A stretch of 56,712 bases of DNA from an uncultured Candidatus Saccharibacteria bacterium. GTDB lineage: Bacteria > Patescibacteriota > Minisyncoccia > Minisyncoccales > CAZKCU01. The stretch is from assembly GCA_964431915.1 (NCBI GenBank), contig CAYSLI010000002.1, forward strand, positions 89,503 through 146,214. The letters are read 5' to 3'. Position numbers and translations under genes: made by a program. Of this stretch, positions 36,217-46,328 are shown one piece after another. Positions within the stretch are counted from its first letter, which is position 1, and every line of letters begins with the position of its first letter. Below the pieces are notes generated by a model. It was not told where the DNA came from, searched no databases, and saw only the letters and a program-made list of their open reading frames with translations.

Positions 36217-36999
36217 ATGGTCGAAAACTTAAAGCCTGTTAGAAATCAAAGATTTCTTTTTTGGGCAAGTAAAAATTTAATATCCATAGCTATTATTATT
36301 GCCGGACTGCTAATTGCCGGAGCTTTGGTTTATATAAATCAAGGGAAAGTTACAGAGAAGGTTTCAGAAAATTTATCTCCTCAGGAAGCAGCAGAGAAAG
36401 CAATAGATTATATAAATCAGAACCTATTAGAGGAAGGGACAACTGCCTCTTTGGTAAATGTGGTAGAGGAAAACGGAGTTTATAAATTCCGTCTCAAAAT
36501 AGGGGAGAACGAATACGACTCCTATATAACTAAAAATGGAAAACTTCTATTTACCGAGGGTTTTAATTTGGAGGAAATATCAGAAACTCAGCCAGAAACT
36601 CAAGAAGAATATACTATTGCTAACTTCTCAGTAACTGAAGATGAAATCTGTAAAGAAAAGGGAAAACCAATTATATATTTTTTTGGTTCTGAGAGCTGTT
36701 CGCATTGTAAATGGGAACACCCAATAGTAGAAGAAGTGGCAAAAAATTTTGAAAAATATATATTATTCCATAATAATATGGACTCAAATGCTGACCAGGA
36801 CGTATTCTCTAAATATAGCACCGGGGGGGTACCAACTTTGGTATTAGGTTGCAAGTATTATCGAGTTGGATCAGGCGAAGGAGCGGGCAAAGAACAAGAA
36901 ACTAAAAATTTAACTGCCTTAATTTGTAAATTAACTGATAATAAACCCTCTGATATTTGTAATCCAGTCCAGGATTTGATTAGCCAAATTCGTGAATAA
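36217..36999 (+). CDS. Membrane-anchored thioredoxin-fold protein
   Basis: N-terminal TM; CSHC (CxxC) and GGVPT. Confidence 0.75.
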   Translation: MVENLKPVRNQRFLFWASKNLISIAIIIAGLLIAGALVYINQGKVTEKVSENLSPQEAAEKAIDYINQNLLEEGTTASLVNVVEENGVYKFRLKIGENEYDSYITKNGKLLFTEGFNLEEISETQPETQEEYTIANFSVTEDEICKEKGKPIIYFFGSESCSHCKWEHPIVEEVAKNFEKYILFHNNMDSNADQDVFSKYSTGGVPTLVLGCKYYRVGSGEGAGKEQETKNLTALICKLTDNKPSDICNPVQDLISQIRE

Positions 37000-37252
37000 A
37001 GCTAAAACACTTCAACCCATCGTCCGCGTATTTACTTCGGTTAGTTGCCCTTTTTGCTTTACCTTAAAGGAGTTCTTAAAAGAAAAAGGCATTAAATTTG
37101 AGGAGATTGATGTTTCTAAAGATGAAAAAGCCAGGGAAGAGTTAATTAAAAAATCAGGGAAAATGGAGGTGCCGGTTGTAGAAATTGATGGCCAAATTGT
37201 GGTAGGATTTGATAGAGAAAAAATTTGCAAATTATTAAATATTAAAGAATAA
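36992..37252 (+). CDS. Glutaredoxin (NrdH/YruB-like)
   Basis: CPFC, VPV and VGFD. Confidence 0.9.
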   Translation: MNKAKTLQPIVRVFTSVSCPFCFTLKEFLKEKGIKFEEIDVSKDEKAREELIKKSGKMEVPVVEIDGQIVVGFDREKICKLLNIKE

Positions 37253-37255
37253 TTT

Positions 37256-38269
37256 ATGGTTAAAATTGCCATAAATGGTTTCGGCCGCATAGGTCGACCA
37301 ACATTTAGAAGAATTTTAAATAATCACCCCAATTTGGAAGTGGTGGCCATTAATGATTTAACTGATCCTAAAACTTTAGCTCATCTTTTAAAATATGATT
37401 CTGTATATGGGGTTTACAAAAAGACAGTAAAAGCCGCTGAAAATTCTCTTTTAATTGATGATAAAGAATTTAAAATTTTTGCTGAAAAAGACCCAGCAGA
37501 TTTACCCTGGGGAAAGCTGGGGATAGATGTAGTTTTAGAATGTACTGGAGTATTTAGAAACTACGATGGGGCAAAAAAACATATTCAAGCCGGAGCAAAA
37601 AAAGTGATAGTTTCTGCTCCTTCAAAAAATCCAGAAAAAATCTCTTCTTTTATTTTAGGAGTAAATGAAAGCGAATTTAACCCTAAAAAAGATATAATTT
37701 TAGATATGGGTTCTTGCACCACTAATTGTTTGGCTCCTGTAGCCAAAGTTTTGAATGATAACTTTAAGATTTTGCGAGGTTTTATGACCACTATCCATAG
37801 CTACACCACTGATCAGCGAATTTTGGATTTACCCCATAAAGATTTAAGAAGGGCAAGGGCTGCTGCTTTAAATATTGTGCCAACTACAACTGGAGCAGCA
37901 AAAGCCATTGGTCAGGTCATGCCAGAACTGAAAGGAAAATTAGAGGGAATTGCCCTGAGAGTTCCTACTCCTACTGTTTCCATTGTCGATTTGATATGTC
38001 AGACTGAAAAAGCTACTAGTTCAGAAGAAGTAAATTTTGTTTTCAAAAAGGCAAGTCAAGGAGAAAAGATGAAAGGAATTCTAAAAATAGAAGATGCTCC
38101 TTTGGTTTCTTCTGATTACAAGGGAAATAGTTATTCTTCCATAGTAGATGCTGAAAACACTAAAGTGATAGGCGGAAATTTTATTAAAGTCCTATCCTGG
38201 TATGATAATGAATATGCTTACGCCTGCAGATTGGCTGAATTTGCCGAGTTTATAGGGAAGAAGTTGTAA
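37256..38269 (+). CDS. gap: Type I glyceraldehyde-3-phosphate dehydrogenase
   Basis: INGFGRIGR, GSCTTNCL, PTTTGAAKA and WYDNE. Confidence 0.97.
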   Translation: MVKIAINGFGRIGRPTFRRILNNHPNLEVVAINDLTDPKTLAHLLKYDSVYGVYKKTVKAAENSLLIDDKEFKIFAEKDPADLPWGKLGIDVVLECTGVFRNYDGAKKHIQAGAKKVIVSAPSKNPEKISSFILGVNESEFNPKKDIILDMGSCTTNCLAPVAKVLNDNFKILRGFMTTIHSYTTDQRILDLPHKDLRRARAAALNIVPTTTGAAKAIGQVMPELKGKLEGIALRVPTPTVSIVDLICQTEKATSSEEVNFVFKKASQGEKMKGILKIEDAPLVSSDYKGNSYSSIVDAENTKVIGGNFIKVLSWYDNEYAYACRLAEFAEFIGKKL

Positions 38270-38358
38270 TTCAGAAGTTTTAATCCTAAATTTTTAAAAG
38301 ACAGAAATTACTTAAGCTGACCCTTGGTCAGTTTTTAATTTTAAGGTATAATAAAACA

Positions 38359-40284
38359 ATGATTAAAAAGAACGGATTTTATTATCCGAGTGGAGAATTT
38401 AAGAAAAAGGCCTGGATAAAGGATAAAAAGATTTATCGAGAGGCCAGTGAGGACCCAGCTAACTTTTGGGAAAAATTAGCCAAAGAAATTTTCTGGTTCA
38501 AAAAATGGAAGAAAGTTTTTTCTCACAAACCTCCTTACTTTAAATGGTTTACTGGAGGAAAAATAAATATTACTTCTAATATTTTTGAAAATAATGCTTT
38601 GGGTTTTGAGAATATTAAAAATAAGACTGCTTTAATTTGGGAGCCGGAGCCGGTTACTGAACAGTCAAGAACTTTAACTTATGAAGAACTTTTCAAAGAA
38701 GTTAATAAATTTGCTAATGCTTTGAAAAAACTTGGAGTAAAAAAAGGAGATAGAGTAGGAATTTATCTACCAATGATTCCTGAAGTTGTAATTTCTATGT
38801 TAGCTTGTGCCAGAATTGGAGCTGTCCATACAGTTGTTTTTTCCGCTTTCTCTCCAGCTGCTTTGAAAATAAGATTACAGGATACCGAGGCTAAAATTTT
38901 GATTACTGCCGATGGGTATTATAGACGGGGGAAAATTGTTAATCTAAAACAATCAGCTGACGGAGGAATAAAAGAAACAAAAGTTGAAAAAGTGATAGTT
39001 GTGAAAAGGGCGAAAAATGAAATTTCTTGGACTAAAGATGGAAATATTTGGTATGAGGATTTAATAAAAAATGAAAAAGATTTTTGCGAGCCAGAAGCAA
39101 TGGACTCAGAGGATTTATTATTTTTGATAGCAACGAGTGGCTCAACTGGCCGACCGAAACAAATAATGCATACCTGCGGGGGTTATACTGTCCAATCCTA
39201 TTGGACTGGCAAATGGATTTTTGATTTACACGATGATTCAATTTTATGGTGCACTTCCGATCCGGGATGGATCACCGGACATTCGTACACAGTTTACTCC
39301 CCATTACTCAATGGTGTGAGTACTTTAATGTTTGAAGGCGCTCCTGATTGGCCAGCTCCTGACAGGTGGGCTCAAATTATTGAAAAACATAAGGTAACAA
39401 TTTTTTATACCGCCCCTACTGCCATTAGAATGTTTGAAAGATATGGTAGAGATATTTTAAAAAAATATAAATTTAAAACTCTCAGACTTTTAGGTTCGGT
39501 CGGCGAGCCAATTGATGAAACTTGCTGGCAATGGTATTTCAAAGAGGTTGGAAAAGAAAAGTGCCCAGTTGTTGATACCTGGTGGCAGACAGAATCAGGA
39601 GGAATTTTAATAACCTCCTTACCAGGAATTGGTCCTTTCAAACCTGCCTTTACTGGGCTTCCTTTCCCAGGAACAAAATTTGATATCTTAGATGATAAGG
39701 GAAAGTCTCTGCCTGCAAATAAAGAAGGGAATTTAGTGATGCTACCTCCTTTTGCTCCCGGATTATTAAGAGGAATTTACAAAAACCCTAATAAATATTT
39801 AAAAACTTACTGGAGTCAATACGGAAAAGAAACTTATTTCACTTCTGACGGAGCTTTTAAAGACGAGAATGGTTTAATTAGAATTGTTGGTCGAGTTGAT
39901 GATGTAATTAAAGTAGCTGGCCACAGAGTAACTACCGGCGAATTGGAGGCAGCAATCAACCTTCATCCAGAGATTACCGAATGTGCGGTGGTGGGAATTC
40001 CAGATGAAATAAAAGGAGAGATGCCGGTAGCTTTCATAGTTCATAAAGAGAAAAAAGGTTTAGAAGAAATTAAAAAAGAAGTGATAGGGCAGATTAGAAA
40101 AGAAATTGGGCCAATTGCTCTGCCAAAAGAAGTTTATTTGGTTGAAGATTTGCCAAAAACACGCAGTGGAAAACTTATGAGACGGATTTTAAGAAAATTA
40201 TTTACTGGCGAAGAATTAGGCGACCTTTCCACTCTATCTAACCCCAAAAGCGCTGAGAAAATCAAAAAAATAATTAACCAGTAA
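38359..40284 (+). CDS. acs: AMP-forming acetyl-CoA synthetase
   Basis: TSGSTG.PK, GSVGEPI, VVDTWWQTE, GRVDDVIKVAGHR and PKTRSGK. Confidence 0.92.
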   Translation: MIKKNGFYYPSGEFKKKAWIKDKKIYREASEDPANFWEKLAKEIFWFKKWKKVFSHKPPYFKWFTGGKINITSNIFENNALGFENIKNKTALIWEPEPVTEQSRTLTYEELFKEVNKFANALKKLGVKKGDRVGIYLPMIPEVVISMLACARIGAVHTVVFSAFSPAALKIRLQDTEAKILITADGYYRRGKIVNLKQSADGGIKETKVEKVIVVKRAKNEISWTKDGNIWYEDLIKNEKDFCEPEAMDSEDLLFLIATSGSTGRPKQIMHTCGGYTVQSYWTGKWIFDLHDDSILWCTSDPGWITGHSYTVYSPLLNGVSTLMFEGAPDWPAPDRWAQIIEKHKVTIFYTAPTAIRMFERYGRDILKKYKFKTLRLLGSVGEPIDETCWQWYFKEVGKEKCPVVDTWWQTESGGILITSLPGIGPFKPAFTGLPFPGTKFDILDDKGKSLPANKEGNLVMLPPFAPGLLRGIYKNPNKYLKTYWSQYGKETYFTSDGAFKDENGLIRIVGRVDDVIKVAGHRVTTGELEAAINLHPEITECAVVGIPDEIKGEMPVAFIVHKEKKGLEEIKKEVIGQIRKEIGPIALPKEVYLVEDLPKTRSGKLMRRILRKLFTGEELGDLSTLSNPKSAEKIKKIINQ

Positions 40285-40348
40285 CAAATAATAAGTAATA
40301 CCTAACAATAGAGGTTTGCTGGTCTATTTTTTACTTTTATTAAAGTAA

Positions 40349-40789
40349 ATGAAAAACCAAAAAAGTTTTACTTTGATTGAAGTTGCCGTAGTTATAGCTA
40401 TCATCGGTCTTATATTCAGTATTATTTTATCAGTAGCTGTAAGAAGAGAAACGGCAAGAGATACCAGAATTATAACTTCTATGGCTCAGATTCGAACTAA
40501 AGCCGAGTTAATTATGGTTATGGAGGACAGTTATGCTTCTTTGGATTGTGATTATGATACCGAGATGAAAAATCTCTGTAATGATATCGATGCCCAAGAT
40601 AATGATGCTCCCAACAAGGGAGATGTGCCTTATCCTATATTTAACACATCCTCAACCGAGTACTGTGTTACAAGTGAATTGCTTGCAGATTACGAAGAGC
40701 AGGAGGACCGTTACTGTATAGATAATGACGGAAGAACCGGTCGTACTACCTCTGGCTGTAGTGATTTTGATTGCATCAATATCAGATAG
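40349..40789 (+). CDS. Type IV pilin-like protein
   Basis: KSFTLIEV..V.AIIG class III signal peptide; multiple C-terminal Cys. Confidence 0.8.
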   Translation: MKNQKSFTLIEVAVVIAIIGLIFSIILSVAVRRETARDTRIITSMAQIRTKAELIMVMEDSYASLDCDYDTEMKNLCNDIDAQDNDAPNKGDVPYPIFNTSSTEYCVTSELLADYEEQEDRYCIDNDGRTGRTTSGCSDFDCINIR

Positions 40790-40810
40790 TAATTTGTTTC
40801 GCAAATTAAT

Positions 40811-43240
40811 ATGAAAAAATCTCAAAAAAACATTTTATGGTTTGATGAAATTTTCTCAAAAGATGTTCCTTTGGTCGGAGGGAAAAATGCCTCTTTGGGA
40901 GAGATGTATTCAAATCTTGTCAAAAAAGGAGTTAATGTTCCTAATGGTTTTGCCTTAACTTCAAAAGCATACTGGTATTATTTGAAAGAAAATGAAATTG
41001 ATAAAAAAATAAAGCAAATTTTCAAAGAATTTAATCCTAAAAACATTAAAAGTTTACAGGAAACAGGACAACAAGTCCGCAAATTAATTTTGAAAGCAGA
41101 ATTTCCCGAAGATTTAAAAAAAGAAATTTTAGAGAATTATAAAAAGTTATCTAAAAAATATGGCGAAGATTTTACAGATGTTGCTGTTCGTTCTTCAGCA
41201 ACGGCAGAGGATTTGCCCTCGGCTAGTTTTGCCGGTTGTCATGAAACCTATTTGAACGTTAACGGTAAAGAGAATTTATTAGCGGCAGTTAAAAAATGCA
41301 TATCTTCTTTGTTTACTGAACGAGCCATTGCTTATCGTGAAGAAAAAGGATTCAATCATTTAGAAATTGCTTTATCGGTCGGGATTCAAAAAATGGTCAG
41401 GTCAGATTTAGCCTCTTCCGGGGTGATATTCACTCTTGATACAGAAACCGGTTTCAGTAATGTAGTTTTAATAAACTCAATCTATGGAATAGGGGAGATG
41501 ATAGTTAAAGGAAGAATTACGCCCGATGAGTTTTTTATTTTTAAACCAACTTTAAAAAAAGGTTTTAAATCAATTATACTTAAGAATCTGGGAAGAAAAA
41601 CAAAAAAGTATATTTATAAGAAAGAGGGAGGATTAAAAGAGGTAATTATTTCTAAAAATCGGCAATTAAAATTTTCTTTGAGCGATGAAGAAATTTTAAT
41701 CTTGGCTAAATGGGCTTGCTTAATTGAAAATCATTATAAATATCCCCAGGATATTGAATGGGCAAAAGATGGAAGAACTGGCCAGCTATTTATTGTTCAA
41801 TCACGACCAGAAACAGTTCACGCACCAAAGGAAGTCCGGCAGGCGAAGAGGACTGCGTCCTCTTCTTCACCTTCGCTTCCGCTACGCGGAAGCTTGGTTT
41901 ATGAAGAATATGAATTAAAAACAAAAAAAAGACCGATTTTAACTGGCATTGCTATTGGAGACAAAATTAGCCAAGGTAAAGTAAAAATAATCCCCAATGT
42001 TTCAAAAATTTCTCAATTTCAAAAAGGAGAAGTTTTGATAACTAAAATAACCGATCCTGATTGGGTAGCTATTATGAGACTGGCTTCAGCTATTGTCACT
42101 GATAGAGGGGGAGCTACTTGCCATGCGGCAATAGTGGCTCGGGAGTTGGGGATTCCTACCATTGTCGGAACAAAGAATGCAACGAAAATTTTGAAAAATA
42201 GTGAAACTATCACCGTCGATTGTACTCAAGGAAGAGAAGGAAGAATATTTTCGGGAGAAGTTCCTTATCAAATCAAAAGATACAACTTGAAAAAAATTCC
42301 AAGATTGAAAACTAAAATAATGGTCAATATTGGAGCACCAGAGATTGCTTTTAAAACCTCGTTTTTGCCAACAGACGGGGTAGGATTAGCCAGAATTGAA
42401 TTTATTTTAGCTGAGAAAATCAGAATTCATCCATTGGCTTTGTATCATTATAAAAAAATCAAAGACAAAAAATTGAAAGCAAAAATTGCTGAAATTACCA
42501 TTGAGCACAAAGATAAAAAAGAGTATTTTGTTAAAGAACTGGCCGAAGGTATTGCTCAAATCTCGGCAGCTTTTTATCCTAAGGAGGTAATTGTTAGATT
42601 TTCTGATTTTAAAACAAATGAATACAAGAATTTAATTGGAGGTAAACTTTTTGAAAAAGAAGAGACAAATCCAATGTTAGGCTTTAGAGGAGCCAGCCGT
42701 TATCTAAATAAAGATTTTCAACCAGCTTTTGAGATGGAATGCCAATCGATTAAAAGAGTTCGAGAGAAATTTGGCTTAAAAAATGTTTCGCTGATGATTC
42801 CTTTTTGCCGAACTTTAAAAGAGGGCAAAGAAGTGTTAGAATTAATGAAGAAATTTGGATTAGAAAGAGGGAAGGATGGTCTTAAGGTTTATGTAATGTG
42901 CGAAATTCCTTCAAATATTATTTTAGCAGATGAATTTTTGGAAATTTGCGATGGTTATTCAATTGGCTCCAACGATTTAACTCAGTTATCTTTGGGAATA
43001 GATAGAGATTCAGCTCTAGTAGCCAAAATTGCTGATGAAAGAGACCCGACAATTAAAAAAATGGTCAAAAAGGTAATAACCATTTGCAATTTAAAAGGAA
43101 AGTATTGCGGAATCTGCGGTGATGCACCTTCTACATTTCCTAAATTCGCTGAATTTTTAGTTCAACAAAGGATAGAGTCAATATCTTTGAATCCTGATAC
43201 TGTAATTAAAACAATTTTAAATTTAGCCAAGAAGAAGTAA
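40811..43240 (+). CDS. ppsA: Phosphoenolpyruvate synthase
   Basis: VGGKNASLGE, VRSSATAED, TCHAAIVARE, GVGLAR.E, SIGSNDLTQ and GICG. Confidence 0.96.
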   Translation: MKKSQKNILWFDEIFSKDVPLVGGKNASLGEMYSNLVKKGVNVPNGFALTSKAYWYYLKENEIDKKIKQIFKEFNPKNIKSLQETGQQVRKLILKAEFPEDLKKEILENYKKLSKKYGEDFTDVAVRSSATAEDLPSASFAGCHETYLNVNGKENLLAAVKKCISSLFTERAIAYREEKGFNHLEIALSVGIQKMVRSDLASSGVIFTLDTETGFSNVVLINSIYGIGEMIVKGRITPDEFFIFKPTLKKGFKSIILKNLGRKTKKYIYKKEGGLKEVIISKNRQLKFSLSDEEILILAKWACLIENHYKYPQDIEWAKDGRTGQLFIVQSRPETVHAPKEVRQAKRTASSSSPSLPLRGSLVYEEYELKTKKRPILTGIAIGDKISQGKVKIIPNVSKISQFQKGEVLITKITDPDWVAIMRLASAIVTDRGGATCHAAIVARELGIPTIVGTKNATKILKNSETITVDCTQGREGRIFSGEVPYQIKRYNLKKIPRLKTKIMVNIGAPEIAFKTSFLPTDGVGLARIEFILAEKIRIHPLALYHYKKIKDKKLKAKIAEITIEHKDKKEYFVKELAEGIAQISAAFYPKEVIVRFSDFKTNEYKNLIGGKLFEKEETNPMLGFRGASRYLNKDFQPAFEMECQSIKRVREKFGLKNVSLMIPFCRTLKEGKEVLELMKKFGLERGKDGLKVYVMCEIPSNIILADEFLEICDGYSIGSNDLTQLSLGIDRDSALVAKIADERDPTIKKMVKKVITICNLKGKYCGICGDAPSTFPKFAEFLVQQRIESISLNPDTVIKTILNLAKKK
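41842..41893 (+). repeat. Repeat-family element inserted in-frame in ppsA
   Basis: GGCGAAGAGGAC-TGC-GTCCTCTTCTTCACCTTCGC plus GCTTCCGC-TAC-GCGGAAGC; encodes ~RQAKRTASSSSPSLPLRGSL. Confidence 0.8.
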
Positions 43241-43319
43241 GAACCTCTCGCTTCGCTAATATCGAGAACTTTCCACGGAGCGGGAGTTCCCGACCGAGGG
43301 TTGTAGTTTTAAATTAAAT

Positions 43320-44327
43320 ATGTTTGACATTATAACTTTTGGCTCAGCTACTTGGGATATTTTTTTAAGACTGAAAAAGTTTTCTGTCCAAGAAGAACCG
43401 GCTTGGGGCTGGCATATAGTAAAAGATAAAAAATTTATTACTAGTAAAGGTATCTGCTTTAATTCAGGTTCAAAAGTTAATGTGGAAGATATCTATTTTT
43501 CCTCCGGAGGAGGAGGAACAAATACAGCTGCTACTTTCTCAAAGCAAGGGTTCAAAGTGGCCTATTGTGCGACGGTAGGTGATGATATTTCGGGAAGCGA
43601 GATTATTGAGGAGCTGAGGAGGTTAAGAATAGATGCCCGTTTCGTTTTTAAGACAAATTTAAAACCAACTAACCATTCAGTTATTTTAAACAGTGGTTCA
43701 AGAACAGACCGAACTATTTTGGTTTACCGGGGAGCTTCAGAACTATTAGGAAAGAAAGATATTCCTTGGGAAAAATTAAAGGCAAAATGGTTTTACTTAG
43801 CTCCTCTTTCGGGAAAACTTTGCAAGATTACAGAAGATATCATTAATTTTGCCTATAAGAATGAGATTAAAATTGCTTTTAATCCCGGTAATTCTCAACT
43901 TTCTTTACCCTCAAAAACCCTGAAAAGAATTCTAAAAAAGGTTGATATTTTAATTTTAAACCAAGAAGAGGCCTCTTTATTGACTAAAATTCCTTTTTTT
44001 TATGAAAAGGAGATTTTTAAGAAGATTAATAAATTATGTTCAGGAATTGCCATAATGACAAAAGGGTCCAAAGGCGTGGTAGTTTCAGATGGAAAGTATC
44101 TTTACCGAGCCGATATTCTAAAAATAAAAGTAATTGATGGAACGGGAGCTGGAGATTCTTTTGGTGCGGGATTTGTTTCAGGTTTTATCCGGACTAAAAA
44201 GAACATCGAAAAGGCTATCCAATTAGCTACGGCTAACGCTAATTCCTGTCTCACGGAATGGGGAGCTAAAAAAGGATTACTGAAAAAGAATAAAAAATTT
44301 AAAAGAATAAAAGTCCAAAGAAAATGA
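43320..44327 (+). CDS. PfkB-family carbohydrate kinase
   Basis: GGGGTN and DGTGAGDSFGAG. Confidence 0.92.
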   Translation: MFDIITFGSATWDIFLRLKKFSVQEEPAWGWHIVKDKKFITSKGICFNSGSKVNVEDIYFSSGGGGTNTAATFSKQGFKVAYCATVGDDISGSEIIEELRRLRIDARFVFKTNLKPTNHSVILNSGSRTDRTILVYRGASELLGKKDIPWEKLKAKWFYLAPLSGKLCKITEDIINFAYKNEIKIAFNPGNSQLSLPSKTLKRILKKVDILILNQEEASLLTKIPFFYEKEIFKKINKLCSGIAIMTKGSKGVVVSDGKYLYRADILKIKVIDGTGAGDSFGAGFVSGFIRTKKNIEKAIQLATANANSCLTEWGAKKGLLKKNKKFKRIKVQRK

Positions 44328-45178
44328 ACTTAAAGTCTTATCTTAAGAGAGCCCAAAAAGAAAAATGGGCGGTTGGACAATTTAATTTTTCAACTGTTGA
44401 ACAATTAAGGGGAATTTTAGAGGCAGCCAAAAACACTAGAAGCCCTGTAATTTTAGGAACTTCAGAAGGAGAAAGTAAATACTTGGGATTAAAAGAAATT
44501 TTAGCTTTAGTTGAAATTTCCAAAACAAAATATAATATCCCTGTTTTTTTGAATCTTGACCACGGAAAAGATTTAGAATGGATAAAACAGGCCATTGACT
44601 ATGGATATTCAGCGGTCCATTTTGATGGCTCAGAATTTCCTTTTGAAAAAAATATAAAATATGCTAAAAAAATAGCAGATTATGCTAATAAAAAAGGAGT
44701 TTTAGTCGAAGGGGAATTGGGTTATATGAGAGGAGAATCAGGATTTCATAGAAAAAAGATGAAAATAAAAAAAGGAGATTTAACTTCACCAGAGAAAGTA
44801 GAGAAATTTGTCAAAGAAACAAGAGTAGACAGTTTGGCCCCAGTTTTTGGAAATATTCATGGGATATATACTGGAATACCAAGGCTTGATTTCCAGAGAT
44901 TAAAAGAAATTAACAAGAAAACAACTGCCTTCTTGGTTTTACACGGAGGATCAGGCATTTTAAAAACAGAGATTAAAAAGGCTATAAAACTTGGCATTGT
45001 AAAAATTAATATCAATACTGAGTTAAGATTGGTTTGGAAAGAAACCTTAGAGAAATCTTTAAAAACCAAAGAAGTTAAACCTTATAAAATTTTAGCTCAA
45101 GTTCAAAGAGCTGTTCAAAGAAAGGTCGAAGAAAAAATAAATTTATTTGGCAGTAAAAACAAGGTATTAAAAATATAA
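44324..45178 (+). CDS. fba: Class II fructose-bisphosphate aldolase
   Basis: NLDHG, VHFDGS, VEGELG, GNIHG, LVLHGGSG and KININT. Confidence 0.93.
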   Translation: MNLKSYLKRAQKEKWAVGQFNFSTVEQLRGILEAAKNTRSPVILGTSEGESKYLGLKEILALVEISKTKYNIPVFLNLDHGKDLEWIKQAIDYGYSAVHFDGSEFPFEKNIKYAKKIADYANKKGVLVEGELGYMRGESGFHRKKMKIKKGDLTSPEKVEKFVKETRVDSLAPVFGNIHGIYTGIPRLDFQRLKEINKKTTAFLVLHGGSGILKTEIKKAIKLGIVKININTELRLVWKETLEKSLKTKEVKPYKILAQVQRAVQRKVEEKINLFGSKNKVLKI

Positions 45179-45194
45179 AAGAATAAGCTTCTAG

Positions 45195-45641
45195 ATGAAA
45201 AAACTTCTCACCTCAATTATCTTAATAATCTTTCTAATTTTTTTGGGGATTGGTTGGTTGGGTTGGAGCAGATATCAGACAGCGGTAAGGGGAATTTTGA
45301 TTTTCACTAACCAAAAAGAATATGCCAGAGGAGATAATCCGAAAATAAAGATTAAAAATAATTTAAGAAAACCTGTCTGTCTTTCTTCTTGTTATCCTTA
45401 TTATTTAGAAAAAAATAACGGGTCTTTGGAGTCTTATCTGTATGGCAATTGTCTTTTTCCCGATCTGGCTGAAATCTGTATTGAGCCCGGAGAAGTTAAA
45501 GCTTTCGAGCTTCTTTTAGATAAAATGGAAATTGCACAAACTACTCACCGAGTCGCAGTGCCTGCCTGCATTGGTTGCGTCTTAAAAGAAAATTTCAGAA
45601 AAGATAAAATTTTTTATTCCAATAAATTCACCATTAGGTAA
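45195..45641 (+). CDS. Membrane-anchored hypothetical protein, Cys-containing
   Basis: N-terminal TM; ORF in operon orientation. Confidence 0.75.
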   Translation: MKKLLTSIILIIFLIFLGIGWLGWSRYQTAVRGILIFTNQKEYARGDNPKIKIKNNLRKPVCLSSCYPYYLEKNNGSLESYLYGNCLFPDLAEICIEPGEVKAFELLLDKMEIAQTTHRVAVPACIGCVLKENFRKDKIFYSNKFTIR

Positions 45642-45649
45642 AAAGAGAA

Positions 45650-46324
45650 ATGTTAAGTTTATCAGCAAATATTCGAAAAACTCTTGGTAAGAAAACTAAA
45701 TCCTTAAGAAAAAAGGATATTTTGCCTGGGATTTTATATGGACCGAAAATTAAACCTCTGGTCTTAGAAATTGATTTAAAAGAATTTGAAAAAATTTATA
45801 AAGAGGCTGGAGAAAGTTCTTTAATTTCTCTCCAAGTGGATAATCGCAAGGTATCAGTTTTAATCCATGAAATTCAACGGGACCCTTTATCTTTAAAGCC
45901 AATTCATATCGATTTCTACAAACCATCTTTAGAAAAAGAAATTACAGCTGCAGTAGCAATAATTTTTGAAGGGGAGTCTCGGGCAGTAGAAGAATTAGGC
46001 GGAACTTTGGTCCGAGAGATTTCAGAATTAGAGGTAAAAGCTCTTCCTCAAAATCTTCCTCACGAGATTAAAGTGAATATAGAAAACTTAAAAACCTTTG
46101 AAGATGAGATTTTAATAAAAGACCTGAAAATGCCATCCGGAGTAAAAGTTCAAAAGGGGCCAGATGAGATTGTGGCTGTTATTACTCCACCAGAGAAAGT
46201 AGAAGAGGAATTAGCCAAACCAGTTGAAGAAAAAGTAGAAGAGGTGGAAAAGGTAGAAGAAGAGGAAGCAAAAGAAGAGAAAGAGAAGAAAGGAGAAAAA
46301 GAAAAGCCAGAAGAATCTAAATAA
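45650..46324 (+). CDS. rplY: 50S ribosomal protein L25/Ctc
   Basis: R...GKK...LRKK..LPGILYG, HIDFY and an acidic tail. Confidence 0.95.
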   Translation: MLSLSANIRKTLGKKTKSLRKKDILPGILYGPKIKPLVLEIDLKEFEKIYKEAGESSLISLQVDNRKVSVLIHEIQRDPLSLKPIHIDFYKPSLEKEITAAVAIIFEGESRAVEELGGTLVREISELEVKALPQNLPHEIKVNIENLKTFEDEILIKDLKMPSGVKVQKGPDEIVAVITPPEKVEEELAKPVEEKVEEVEKVEEEEAKEEKEKKGEKEKPEESK

Positions 46325-46328
46325 TACT

